Assembly (NCBI RefSeq): GCF_009914755.1
Contig: NC_060927.1
Direction: 5' to 3' (one strand)
From: the human T2T-CHM13v2.0 reference genome, Homo sapiens
Length of the DNA stretch: 64,000 nt
The stretch's first letter is position 1; every line of letters starts with the position of its first letter. This document shows positions 39,188 through 52,200 of this stretch, piece by piece. The translations under genes were made by a program, and so were the position numbers. The notes under the pieces were generated by a model. That model did no database searches, had not been told where the DNA came from, and saw only the letters and a list, made by a program, of their open reading frames with translations.

Positions 39188-40358
39188 TAAGGATATATAT
39201 ATCCTGAAGAAGATTGGACATCTTTCTGGCAATCCTATGTATGTAAACATGTTAAATAATCTTGTTTACGTCTCTTCTGGATGCTCAAGGGGCCATCTGC
39301 AGCACCCAAAAGCCAGGCATCAGGAATGACAACCTTGAAACTGAAATTTGATTTGGGAAAGTTTGTTGAATATGTTAGAGGTTTAAAACACTTGATATTC
39401 TGAAATAGAATTTCAGATTACCATAAGTCATTTGTTCTGCGAAAATGATGACTCAAAAATTTGAAAAAGCAAAAATCTTTCATTAGGCCTTATCATTATA
39501 TGAAAATCCTGTTTAAGAGAAAGCTAAATTCCATCCTTGCATTAGTTTTCTATTAATGTTAACCACAATTTTAATGAAAACTTATAGACAATTTTAGTTA
39601 ATTTTGACAAGTTTTACCATGATGTGAGATTTTCACAAACTTTTTATAACCCTCTACAATTTTGCTAGAGAAAATTTGCATTGTAAGAAAACCTTGTTGT
39701 GCTTGAATTTTAATGCTTAATTTATAAAACTATATTATACCCTTTTGAATTTAGTTAATATGTTTACACACAGAATTTTTTTTGCAAGATTAATTTTTAC
39801 AATCTTTTCACAATTTGCTTAAACTTTTTGCTTTATTATATTTAATTTAAGACAATCCTTTTTCTCCGTGCAAAATATATATTTTCAAGCCTTTTTATAA
39901 TCTTTCACTAAAAACACATTTTACTGCTCTTGCATACCTTGTATATATATTTATTTTCAGTAGTTTTAATTACATGTTATGATGGTAACTCTTAACAATT
40001 TTTTAACGTGAATGTAAAACCTATTAAGTTGTTTTAATTATGTCCTAGGTGCAGATAAAATTTGACTCCTTCCGACATAGTTAGGGACATGAATACTTCC
40101 ATATGTCCCCAGGCCTTACCTATTGTGAAGCAGGCAAGGTGAACAAGTTTTATACATCAAAGAAGCAGTTTACAACTTTAAAACATTTAGCAAAACTAGT
40201 GTCTGACCTGCATAATTTAGACTATCTATTTGCATCTTGAAGACATTTGCTCTTTATTGATAATCTCCAAGGCTCTTCTTATTTCTTAAAGATAAAAGTC
40301 ATAGGAACCAAGAGGCACTACAGCCTTTACTTTTCCCTTAAAAATATTTGATTCAAGT

Positions 40359-40692
<334 letters not shown>

Positions 40693-42527
40693 TCATTAGA
40701 GCTCCCTCTTTTTAAATAGACATTACCCACATAACACATATATAATCAGACAGAAACAGAAGAAGATCCAGTAGCTATAACATTTTTAATTTGCCTATTT
40801 CCCAACTGGCTCATTGGCCTCTCGTGAGGCCCCTTAAGAAGATGGCTAGGAACAGTTTCCAGGGCTCCATGAGGAAAACAGAGATTTTTCCCAAAATGGG
40901 ATTTGTAACACCTGTTCTGTTTTCCCGAGGAGTTGCATGCCACCAGAAGTTATTCTAGGGCCTTTCATACCTGCACCAAGAGGGACAAGACAGAGCGGAG
41001 AAAAGTAACTCAGTCAACTAAGAAAAAAACCTCTTTTAGATAAACAAGACTTATGAACAGAAAAACATAAAGGCCTTTTGAATATACTCATAGCTTGGAT
41101 ATCTGTTTTTAATTACACTGAATGCTCTTTAACAAAATCCTTTTTTATTCATTAAAACTTTACTGATAATATAAACAGTGATTTTTACCATTTCTTATAT
41201 CAGTTTGCACCACCACTTGTTCAAAATCATGTTTAGGTTTTCCAGTTTCCTCTGGGAGATAGCGGCTGGCTTCAGGCAAGGGCAGGTTTTTAACTGGACT
41301 GTAGATCCCTGTAGCAGCAAAGCTTGATACTTGAGGAGGTGATTGTCTGTTAGCCAGAGACTTCCCTTAGATGGCAGCAGTCCTGCTATCCTGTGTGGGG
41401 TGCAAACAGTTAAGTTATTCCCCATGGTTAACCCACTGGCTGTTGAGCTGGACCTTGAGCCTTAATCAAATCTCCCAGGCCTATTTCCTTCCTTTCTGAT
41501 ATATAGAGATCAAATACCTTCCCTATAGGAAGACTGAGGGCTGATGCTTTAAGTAAGACTTGCTTTAGCTGGTTAAGGGCTTTTGAGTTTTAGGTTGCCA
41601 AGTTATGGAGTGAGTTCTAGCTGCTTGAGTTTCTTTTATGAGGTGGCATAAAGGATGAGTTATTTCACCATACTGAGGTATCCACGATCTACAAAAACCT
41701 GTGATGCCCCCATATTTTCCTAGCTGTTTGAGGGTTTGGGGAAGGGGAAAGGAGGAAATAGGCTGAATCTTTTCCTCGTCTAATGCTCTGGTTCCTTCTG
41801 ACAAGACAAGACCTAGGTATCTAACCGAAGTTTGCCAGAGCTGAGTTTTAGATTTGGAAATTTTTTATCCTTTACATACTAGAAAATTAAGAAGAACCTC
41901 AGTGCCTTCTTGAGAAACCCCCTCAGTTGGGGCACAGAAGGGAGTGTTTTTACATAGTGCAAAATATTAAATTGAGGGTGAATAAAACTAGAAAGATCTT
42001 TGGACAGGGCCTGTTTCAGCAACTTTCTTCTGATATCAGGAGCTGCCTGAATAATGAAGTTGTTTTCTATTAAATTGGGAGACAAGTAGGTGTGTCTTAC
42101 TAAAGCTTCTCTCAGCCTTTCCAAAAAGGCAGTGGAATTTTCATCTGGTTTCTGGTTCAACAAGGACAGTTTAGATTAATTAAGAGGTTTGCTTAATTTG
42201 CTGGTTCTTCTTATTTTTTGCAAGACTTTTAATAGGCACATTAGAAAGTGGGGTTTTTTTCACTTATTTATGGGGTCACTAGGGCCCCAGTTAGGGTATT
42301 CAAGGTGCACTGACTCTCTTCCTATTGGGAATGAGGATTCTGTCTGTCTTTATTATTTTACCCTGTTTCCCCTTTTGACTGAGTTTCTTTTTTGACTGCC
42401 TATTATTCATCTTTGAATATCTTTGCTGCCTGTAGGTTTTCTTGTTTCCCTGAAACAGGGTTTGGCTTAAAAGTAGTATACCAACTCTTAATGTAAGATT
42501 CAACACTTGGGTTAAATTTTGAAAGGC

Positions 42528-42617
42528 ATATATATACATATATACACGTGTATATATACATATACATGTGTATATATACATATATACATATATATGATAT
42601 ATATAATATATATATAT
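42528..42617 (+). repeat. (TA)n-rich microsatellite inside the ERV gag region
   Basis: Direct reading. Confidence 0.85.
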
Positions 42618-44350
42618 CAGAGTTATTAGAGAACTTGTCTAGATTCTCCTTTGTCTAAGGTGCTGTAATGAGAAGGGAACTTGGAATCTAGTGGCACCAT
42701 GTTCATTGGGCATTTCCTGGAGGGGCAAAGGCAAAATTGGGAATTTTTTGAGTGGCACAACCAGAAGAGCTAATGATTTGGCTATTGGGATTCCCAAATA
42801 AATGGAGCAGGTAGAGCACCCAGATATTGCATTTAAGCATTCCCCAAGGATGCGTCTGTCTTTGGGGAATTATCCTTTGTAGGCTTTCCTGACACGGCTG
42901 CCAAGAGGTAAGGGTTAATTTTACAATGCTTGCAAGGATCTGGGTTGTCTTGCAGGGTAAAGAAATATCTAGTTGTTGGATACTACTGAATTTAATGCAT
43001 CCCTAAGAAGGCTAGGCCTTCTCATTGTAAGATGGCCATGCCCTTGTGCAATAGAATATAAGCTGTTTTCTTTTTAGAGTCTTAGGGTCAAAGATGTTTC
43101 CAGTTATTCAAAATGCACTCGAGGGGTGTACAGACTGCAGATAGTTTGTTACCCATCTAGAAAGTGGGGGGAGACAAGGCATCCCTCAGTTGCCTTCCTC
43201 CCTTTTGTGTGACACAGGGTGCAGGAAAAGAGAGAAATGGTGTCCCCCTTCTCCTCCTTTCTGCTCTCCTCTGAGTCCTGGCGACCATTATAGGTGCCAC
43301 CCCATGGTTACAAGAGTGACCTTTACCCATGGTCCTGGAAAAGCTAGTCAGCAGAATGTGGTCACACTTACCTGCTTAAAACTTTAGCCTTCCACCATGC
43401 TGGATTCCTAGACTCACTCAGCCCAAAAGATACCAGAGGTGCCCCAGAGGTCTGGGAGAAATTATATAGTAGTTGGATTTGGAAAAGACCCTTTAATGGA
43501 GGGAGTTTTTTAAAACTATCTTTAACTTCCCTTGCTATGGCCGCATTAAAAAATTGAAATCCCACAGAATGGGACTGATTAACTTCTAAACATAAAATTA
43601 ATTTTTTGTTTAAATTCCAATGTAATTGATTGCAAAACAGGTGCCTTAAAAGAGTATGAAAATTGAATAGCTGCCCCTATTTTGATGGGGACATTATTGA
43701 AGCTAAGATCTGTCTTATCAGGATAGCTTCCTCCTGGCTGTGGAGAGTGAAGTTTTTTTTCTGTTTACAAATAGGACATGTGGCCTGATAACTGAGAGAA
43801 GGATGCAGAAGAAAAAAGAATTGAGTAACCAGAGGTTTGGGGCAGAGGTCTAACAAGGCTCTCCGTGGAAAAAAATCCATTTCCACTAGGTGGCGGTGTA
43901 GGGTTAGAATGTTAGGTAAAAACAGACTCCAAATTCTTTTCATGCAAAATTTAGGAAAAGAGGTTTAGGGTTTGATAGGCTGCCCCTATAGAATTCCCCC
44001 CAGCATAATAAAATTAACTTGTCTCCCAAAAGAACTATTTAAATTCACTGGACAATGCTAAGCTCTTATATAAAGGAAAATACAACCCAAATGGAGAGGA
44101 GAATATACACTTAGGGTGAAGTTTGCTCCCATAGGGTGCCATGAATATCTATTATTGAGGGAGAGAAGGGACCTTACCAGGTGAAAATTTAGACTGAAAT
44201 CTTGATTTTGCCCAGTTTCTAGGAAGTTACAGAAACAACAACCCTTTGTATTACATTCCTGATTGCTAAGACACAGACTAACTCCACCCAACAAGATTCT
44301 ATCTCTAGTTTGCAAAAACACCTGCAACATTGTACGTAAAAAAAGGATAG

Positions 44351-44657
<307 letters not shown>

Positions 44658-44990
44658 AGGCATAGGAGATATGATATCTGGGAGAAGAAAGAAGGAAAAT
44701 GCAATAGGAAACTACTGGAAGTCCTTGTGCTGACATCCTGATGGGTCATCAGTGACTGGACTTAGTCTAAGGACATTCAGATAACACTGAGGGGTAGCCC
44801 CAGCCAGAAATCTTCAGTTACTCTAGGACATCCTTCCAACCCCACACAATGGCTAGGTCCTCCATGAAAGGAAACAAGATTGAAATAAACAAGAATCCTC
44901 AGAAATTAAAGTAAAGGGTTAAAGTTAAACATTCACTCTTGATGAATTCCCTTCTGATGAATTCCCTTCTTCCTGGCCCATTCACCAAGA

Positions 44991-45669
44991 TGTAGCGCCT
45001 GGAGTTGTTTGTCCTACTGCCAAAAAAATTAAGGAGCACAGACATAAAAGTGAAGTTGGAGTGAAAGTTTAATAAGCAAAAGAAGAAAGTTCTTTGCCAG
45101 CAGAGAGTGGGTCCCAAACGGGAGTACTCCCTATGAGGCTGGAGTCCAGGGTTTTTATGGACCGGGAAAGGGAAGAAATTTGGCCATGAGCTGTCTGGAG
45201 AATGCATCGCTAAGTTTGGCCCAAGGCCTTGGCCCAGGACCAATCAGGGGCTGAAGTGATGATTCATAAGGGCTGGACTTACAGTCCAACAAAGGAAAAC
45301 AGAGCGCCCACCAGAACCCACTGGAACCCACTGTGCCCATGCCCACAAATGCAGAAGAAACTTTTCCTGGGAGCCCACTGACTATACAAAAGACAAAGGC
45401 ATTTCTAGGCCAGGCCTTGTTCCTTTATCTGAGTGAGCTGGAGATTTGTGCAAGTTTTTATCCAAATGGATTGGAGGATTTCTGTGTAGCCGTGGGCATG
45501 TCTTCCAGCACAACAGCCTGTGCTAGTTCCCTTATCGATGCTACAGCTCGAATTTTTCCTCAGGCTGCTTATTATGTTACGTGAGGATGAGGCACTGAGC
45601 AATGGGCTGCGATTTCCCGAGGACCCTTCCCTTGCTGTCCACCTAAGGCAAACTAACCAACTCCTTTCA
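44991..45669 (-). mobile_element. 5' LTR (LTR9/MER61-like) of the 39-45 kb provirus
   Basis: TG...CA termini; degenerate PBS TGGTGAATGGGCCAGGAA (44970-44987, tRNA-Arg-like) next to the LTR. Confidence 0.75.
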
Positions 45670-46798
45670 ATATTATATGAATGCTGCCTAACAACTTTCA
45701 AAGCACTTTCCTGCATATCCCAGAAATCTAGTACTGTTAAAGCAATATAATTTTCATTCAGATTTTTTTTATATTTACCAATGTGAAAACATAGTAGAAA
45801 TATATATGTCTTGTAAATTTAGCTTGCTAAAAAAGAGACTTTTATAACTTTAAGGTGATAATGGAAGGAGTTTGAACAAGTATTATTTTTTAAACACATA
45901 ATGAGTCACTGCTATATTTTACAGACCATCTGAAAGACTAACTTAGATAAGAAGCATTAGCCAATTTTACTGTAAAATAATGGTTATTTTTACATTAGTT
46001 AGTGTGTCTGCATAACATTATAAGTCTCCCCTATAGATCACAAAAATATTCCTAAAAATATGTGATAACCTGAAGTAAAACAAGAGAACAGCTTTTCTAA
46101 TGTCCCTATTTTATCTGATATATAAGAGTCATCCAAGGAAAATAGAACACATTCATATATTTAGATTCTGGATAATTAGAAAATATTATAAATAACCACA
46201 TTGTTTAATACAAGTGTATGATTTGTTTATGTATTATCAGTAATAAATGTACAAAATTTCACACTTAACCATAACTCCAGAGCTACTGCTGTACTGCAAA
46301 TAATTATAAAAAAGAAATAGCCCTAAGAGATTATGGTTCATGAAAAGAGATGCAAACAGAAGTTAATCTATAATATCATACATGTGAATTAACATATTTT
46401 ATAAATATTGATTTCACTAACTGGGAATGCATAATAATTCTGATTATTTTTTAAAAAATTAATTTTATCTTTGGTTTGCTTAAAGAAAATCGGTTCGGGA
46501 ATTTCTCCTTCTACCCTAAATAAAGTAATAGGATTTATATCTTCCCTCTCAACTAAAACAACCAAAAAAGGTAACAGACAAAGTGCGTAAAACAGTTGTC
46601 AAAACACTGGACTCAGAAAATGAAGGCAGTGATATATGAGAGAAAAAAAAAAAAAGAAAAGCAAGGTCAAACTTACAACCTTACAATTAATCTTTCTTAC
46701 TGCTTTGAGATAATTTTCAGCCTGTGGTTTACTGAGAGGGAACTTAGACGAGCCCAATAGCCATAGGAAGGCAAAAGCAACACAACCCATAAGATCAC

Positions 46799-47384
46799 TG
46801 TATTAGTCAGGGTTCTCTAGAGGAATAGAACTAATGGAATATATACATATGTGTGTGTGTGTGTGTGTGTGAGTGTGTGTATATATATATATGATATATA
46901 TCAAAGGAATTCAGTGGAGAAAAGATAATCATTTCAACAACTGATACTACAACTACATATATATATATATGTACACAGACACACACACACACACACACAC
47001 ACCGGAGTTTAAGTATTAACTCACACAATCACAAGGTCCCACAATAGGCCATCTGCAGGCTGAAGAGCAAAGAGAGCCAGTCCAAGTTCCAAAACTGAAG
47101 AACTTGGAGTCTGATGTTTGAAGGCAGGAAGCGTCCAGCACGGGAAAAGGGTGTAGGCTCGGATGCTAGGCCAGTCTCTCTTTTCACATTTTTCTGCCTG
47201 CTTATATTCTAGCCTTGCTGTCCGCTGATTAGATTGTGCCCACCAGATTAAGGGTGGGTCTGCCTCTCCCAGCCCACTGACTCAAATGTTAATCTCCTTT
47301 GGCAACACCCTCACAGACACACCTAGGATGAATATTTTGTATTCTTCAATCCAATTAAGTTAACACTGAGTATTAATTATCACA
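46799..47384 (-). mobile_element. MLT2A1-type ERVL solo LTR
   Basis: 'tgtattagtcagggttctctagagg' through 'caatccaattaagttaacactgagtattaattatcaca'; perfect TSD ATCAC at 46794-46798 and 47385-47389. Confidence 0.93.
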
Positions 47385-49287
47385 ATCACATATTGGAAAG
47401 AGGATATCACCAGTGACATGGAGAGCCCCTTCTCCCAAGAGTTTAGCCTTCCCCCAATACCAGGAAAAAGACAAGACTATCTACTTCCACCACTTCTGTT
47501 CATCATTGTATTAGTGGTTCCAGCCAGTACAATAAAGCAACAAGAAGAAATAAAATGTCTTACTTTAGAGAAAGAAAATCTTTATAAACAGATGACATAA
47601 TAGCTTATGCAGAAAATTCAATGGAATCTATAAAATAGTACTAGAAGCAATAAGTGAAGTTAGTAAGGTTTTGGAATACACATTCAACATTTTTTACAAA
47701 ATTCTTTTTTTATGTTAGTAATAAACACCAAAAAATTGAAATGAAATCTATCATAGCATCAAAAAGTGTAAAATATTTACAGATAAATTTGACAAGTATG
47801 AGAAAGGCATACACTCAAATATTAAAAACATTGCCCAGAAAAAAACAAGAAATTTTAATTAATGGATACATATATGATGTTCCTCAATAGGAAACTCAGT
47901 ATTTTTAAGATTTAACTGTTTCCAACTTGATTTTTATATTCAATAAATTGTATTCAAAATTCCAGTAGGCTTCTTTTTTTTCAGAAATTGAAAATCTGAC
48001 TCTAAAGTTGGTAAAGAAATCTGAAACTTAAAATAACCAAAACAGCTTTGAAAAGAACATATTTGGAAGATTAACACAAAAAGATTTGAGACTTATAATC
48101 AAAATCATTTAGAATTATATTACTATATAGAAATAATAAATAAATATAGAAAAATAGATCAATATGACTGATTAAAGAGTTGGGAAATAGACCCAAATGT
48201 ATCTGAACAATAGATTTTGGAGATTTTTCAAAGCAATTCAGTGGAGAAAAGATTATCATTTCAACAACTGATGCTACAACAATTAGATATCGATATGCAA
48301 ATAAGTGAATGTCAATCTGTAATTTACACCATATATGAAAATTAACTCAAAAAGTATCATAGTACTAATTGCAAAAGCTATGATTATAAAACTTCTAGAG
48401 TAGTTGGGAAAAATTGTGGCTTTGGTTTACAAAGATATCTTAGATATAATTCAAAATAATTATCTGCAAAAAAATGAATAAAATTGAACTTCATCAAAAT
48501 TAAAATCTCTATCTCATCAAAAGGTACTTTTAACAAAATTAAAAGAAAAACAATAAACTGTGAGAAAGTATTTGAAAAGCACATACTGATTGTATTTAGA
48601 ATATATAAGGAACTCTCAATACTGAATACAAATTGGAGTTAGAGGAACAAAGTAACGCTACAAAAATGAGCAAAATATTTTAGCAATAATTTTACCATAG
48701 AAAATATACAGATAACAAATAATTTCATAATTAAATGTCAACATAATCAGTTGGAAAATAAAAGTTAAGGCTACAATGAGATCTCTCTATGCCCATATTA
48801 AAATGTCTAAAATTAAAATGTTGAAACATACCAAGTATTAGCAAAGATGTGGAAGAACTGGAATACTTATAAATTTTAGGTGTTGAAAGTTTTACTCATA
48901 TAACCATTTTAAAAAATATTTTGGCAGTTTCTTAAAAGGATAAACACATATATATTATAAGATCCATGCATTTCACTTCTAGGCATTTGCCCTAAATAGA
49001 AGAAATTTTATATCCGTACAACGATCGATTTGTGCATGAATGTTCACAGCAGCTTTATATGTAGTAGCTTAAAACTGAATTCACCGGAATATCCATTAAC
49101 ACATAAATGAATTCACAAATTGTAATATATCCAGAGACAATGAAATAGTATATAGCAATAAAGAGAAATAAACTACTGATACACAGAACAAAATAGATAG
49201 ATCTTAAAAATCATTATAAATGAGAAGAGACAAAAAGTTTACATAGCATAAGTACCTTTTATATAAACCTATAGAAAATGTGAACAT

Positions 49288-52200
49288 TCCAGAAGATCGC
49301 TAACTAGAAGTAGTTAGTGTGCACCACTCTCATGGAAAGAAATATAAGGGACAAGTGAATAACACACCTTCAACTGAAATATTCAGATGCGCAAATTGGG
49401 ATTTATCAAGAAAACAACATGACTCATGGAAAAAAGGGAGGAGCAAGACAGGATGACTGCCCACCTGGGAGCAATAGGGAGCCAGCAGAGGCTTCCCTTC
49501 CCAGGGAAACAGTGAGTGGGAGACCCCAGGACCCACACTTCTTCCATGGATCTTTGCAATCCTAGAGTCAAAAGATTCCCTTTGAACCTACTCCACCAGG
49601 GCCTTCAGTCTGACATACAGAGTTGCCTGTAGTCCTGGGAGGGCCATTACTCAGATTCACTTTGAGTCCCAGGAGCCTTTGATCCTTGGGCATCTTGGCA
49701 ATAATGGCTGCAGCTCTATCAAAAGGGGAGATCAGCCTCCCTTGCACACCCCCAGGAAAGGAACTGAGTCCAGGGGGCTGGGCAGCAATGGCCTGCAGTC
49801 TCGCTTCCATGGCACCTCACAGGACAAGACCCATTTAACTGGGATTCCAGCCTCCCATGGCCTGTGTACTTTGGCGAGCACCAATGCTCCACATCTATGA
49901 CACTGGGGTTCCAGATGGAGGGGCAGGCTACCATATTTACTGTTTTCCAGCCTTCCCTGATGCTGCTTTCAGACTCTATAGAGTCTGAGGGGACTGAGAA
50001 CTGGAGTGGACCCTCAGTGCAGCATGACTTCCCTGTGGAGAAGTGGCCATTTTTTGCATGGGTCCCTGATCCCATTTCTTCTCCCTTGGCAAGACCTCCT
50101 GACCAGGGGCTCCAGACACACCTGCTGCAGTTCTCAGGCCAGGAAGGACTGCATCTCCCTGAAACAGAGTACCCACAGAGAGGAGCAGGCCACCATTTTG
50201 CTCTTTTGTAGCCTTCACAGCTGCTGTCTTCAGGCTCTGGGGAGTCCAAGGTAACCAGTGCCTGAAGCAGATTGCCAGCACAGCACAGCCATCCTATGGA
50301 AAGGCAGTCAGACCATTTTACACAGGTTCCCAATCCCATTTCTCCTCATTGGGCAGGATCTAGAGCTGTGGTGTGCAGTGCCAAGCTTTGATCTGCAGCT
50401 CTCAAGTGGGAGAGGAACCCACATTTTCAGAGCATTGAGAGGGAGCACAGCTACAGCTGCAAGGAAATATAGAAAAAAACACGTGACTAAACAAGAGCCT
50501 ACCTACTGACAATTACACTTAGACACTTACTAGAATGAGAGCCCACCTACTGTGCCCTACTAACTGGCAGTTACACTTAAACACCTACTAGAATGACAGT
50601 CCACATACTGGAATGAGAGCCCACCTACTAACCTACTGTATTCTACCCCCAAAATTCAACACCAAAAGTACTTTGCTAACATACCCTGCTGTGAAACCAA
50701 AGACACGAAGTCAGCTGCAAACAAAGATGCTGCATGAATCCTTGGCCTTCTGGGAACATCCAGAAAAAAATTCTACTGACTGTATTCAATCTACATCACA
50801 GTTAAAGAAACATTTACACACAGAGATGAGAATCAGTGCAAGAATTCCGGTGACTCAAATGGTCAGAGCCTTCTGTCCTCCAAATGACTGAACTAATTCT
50901 CTAACAAGGGCTCTTAACTCGGCTGAAATAGCTGAAATGACAGAAACAGAATTCAGAATATGGATAAAAATGAAGATCATTGAGATTCAGGAAAATGTCA
51001 AAACCCAATTCTAGGAAGCTAAGATTCACAATAAAATGATACAAGAGGTGACAAATGAAATAGCCAGTATACAAAAGAACCTAACTGAACTAATAGAACT
51101 GAAAATCATACTACAAGAATTTGATAAAGCAATTGCCAAGTATTAACAACAGAATAGGCTGAGCTGAGAAAAGAATCTAAGAGCATGAAGGCTGTCTCTC
51201 TGAAATAGACAGTCAGACAAAAATAAAGAGAATAAAAAGGAATGAACAAACCATCAGGAAATAGTGAATTACATAAAGAGGCCAAATTGATGAATCATTG
51301 GTGTCCCTGAAAGAAATGGGGAGAAAGCAAGCAACTTGGAAAATATATTTCAAAACATTATTGATGAAAATGTCCCAAAACTTGCCAGAGAGGTGGCCAA
51401 CAGCTGAATTTAAGAAATGCAAAGAATTCCCTGCAAGATAATACACTAGACTATCATCCCCAGGAAACATAATTATCAGATTTTCCAAGGTCCAAATGAA
51501 AGACAAATATGTTAAAAGCAGCTAGAGAGAAAGGCCAGGTAACCTGCAAAGACAACCCCATCAGGCTAACAGCACACTTTTCAGCAGAAACCCTGTAGGC
51601 TAGAAGAGATTGGGTGCCAATATTCAACATTCTTAGAGCAAAAATCCTCAAACCAAGAATTTCATATTTAGTGAAACTAAGCTTCAAAGGTGAAAGAGAA
51701 ATAAGATCCTTCTCAGAGAAGCAAATGCTGAGAGAATTATTTACCACCAGACTTGCCTTGTAAGTGGTCCTTAAAGGAACACTAAATATGGAAAGTAAGG
51801 TCAATGATCAGCCAATCCAAAAACATTCTTAAGTACATAGACCTGTGATACTATAAAGCAACCACAGAAACAAGTCTGCACCACAATTACCTAACACAAT
51901 GACAAGATAAAATCCACACATATTTATACTAACCTTGACTGTAAACACACTAAGTGTTCCAATTAAAAGTCACAGAGTGGCATGCTGGATAAAGAAAAAA
52001 ACACAATGTATTCTGTCTTCAAGAGAGCTATCTTGCATTCAATGACACCCATCTCAAAATAATGGAATAGAGAAAAATGAACCTAGCAAGTGGAAAACAG
52101 AAAAAAGCAAAGGTTGCAATCCTAATTTTAGACAAAACAGGCTTTCAACCCACAAATACCAAAAAAAAGAAAGACCAGAAAATGGCATTAAGATATATGT

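Noticed and set aside
39190-39220. Resemblance of the junction filler to 36306-36330 (gatatatatcc...gaatgga) as a sixth templated copy
   Set aside because: The match is short and dominated by a TA repeat, so it is not significant
49330-50891. Longest ORF in the window (206 aa, 49719-50339, minus strand) and neighbours
   Set aside because: Lie in the GC-richer L1PA 5'UTR, where stop codons are rarer; no recognisable domain
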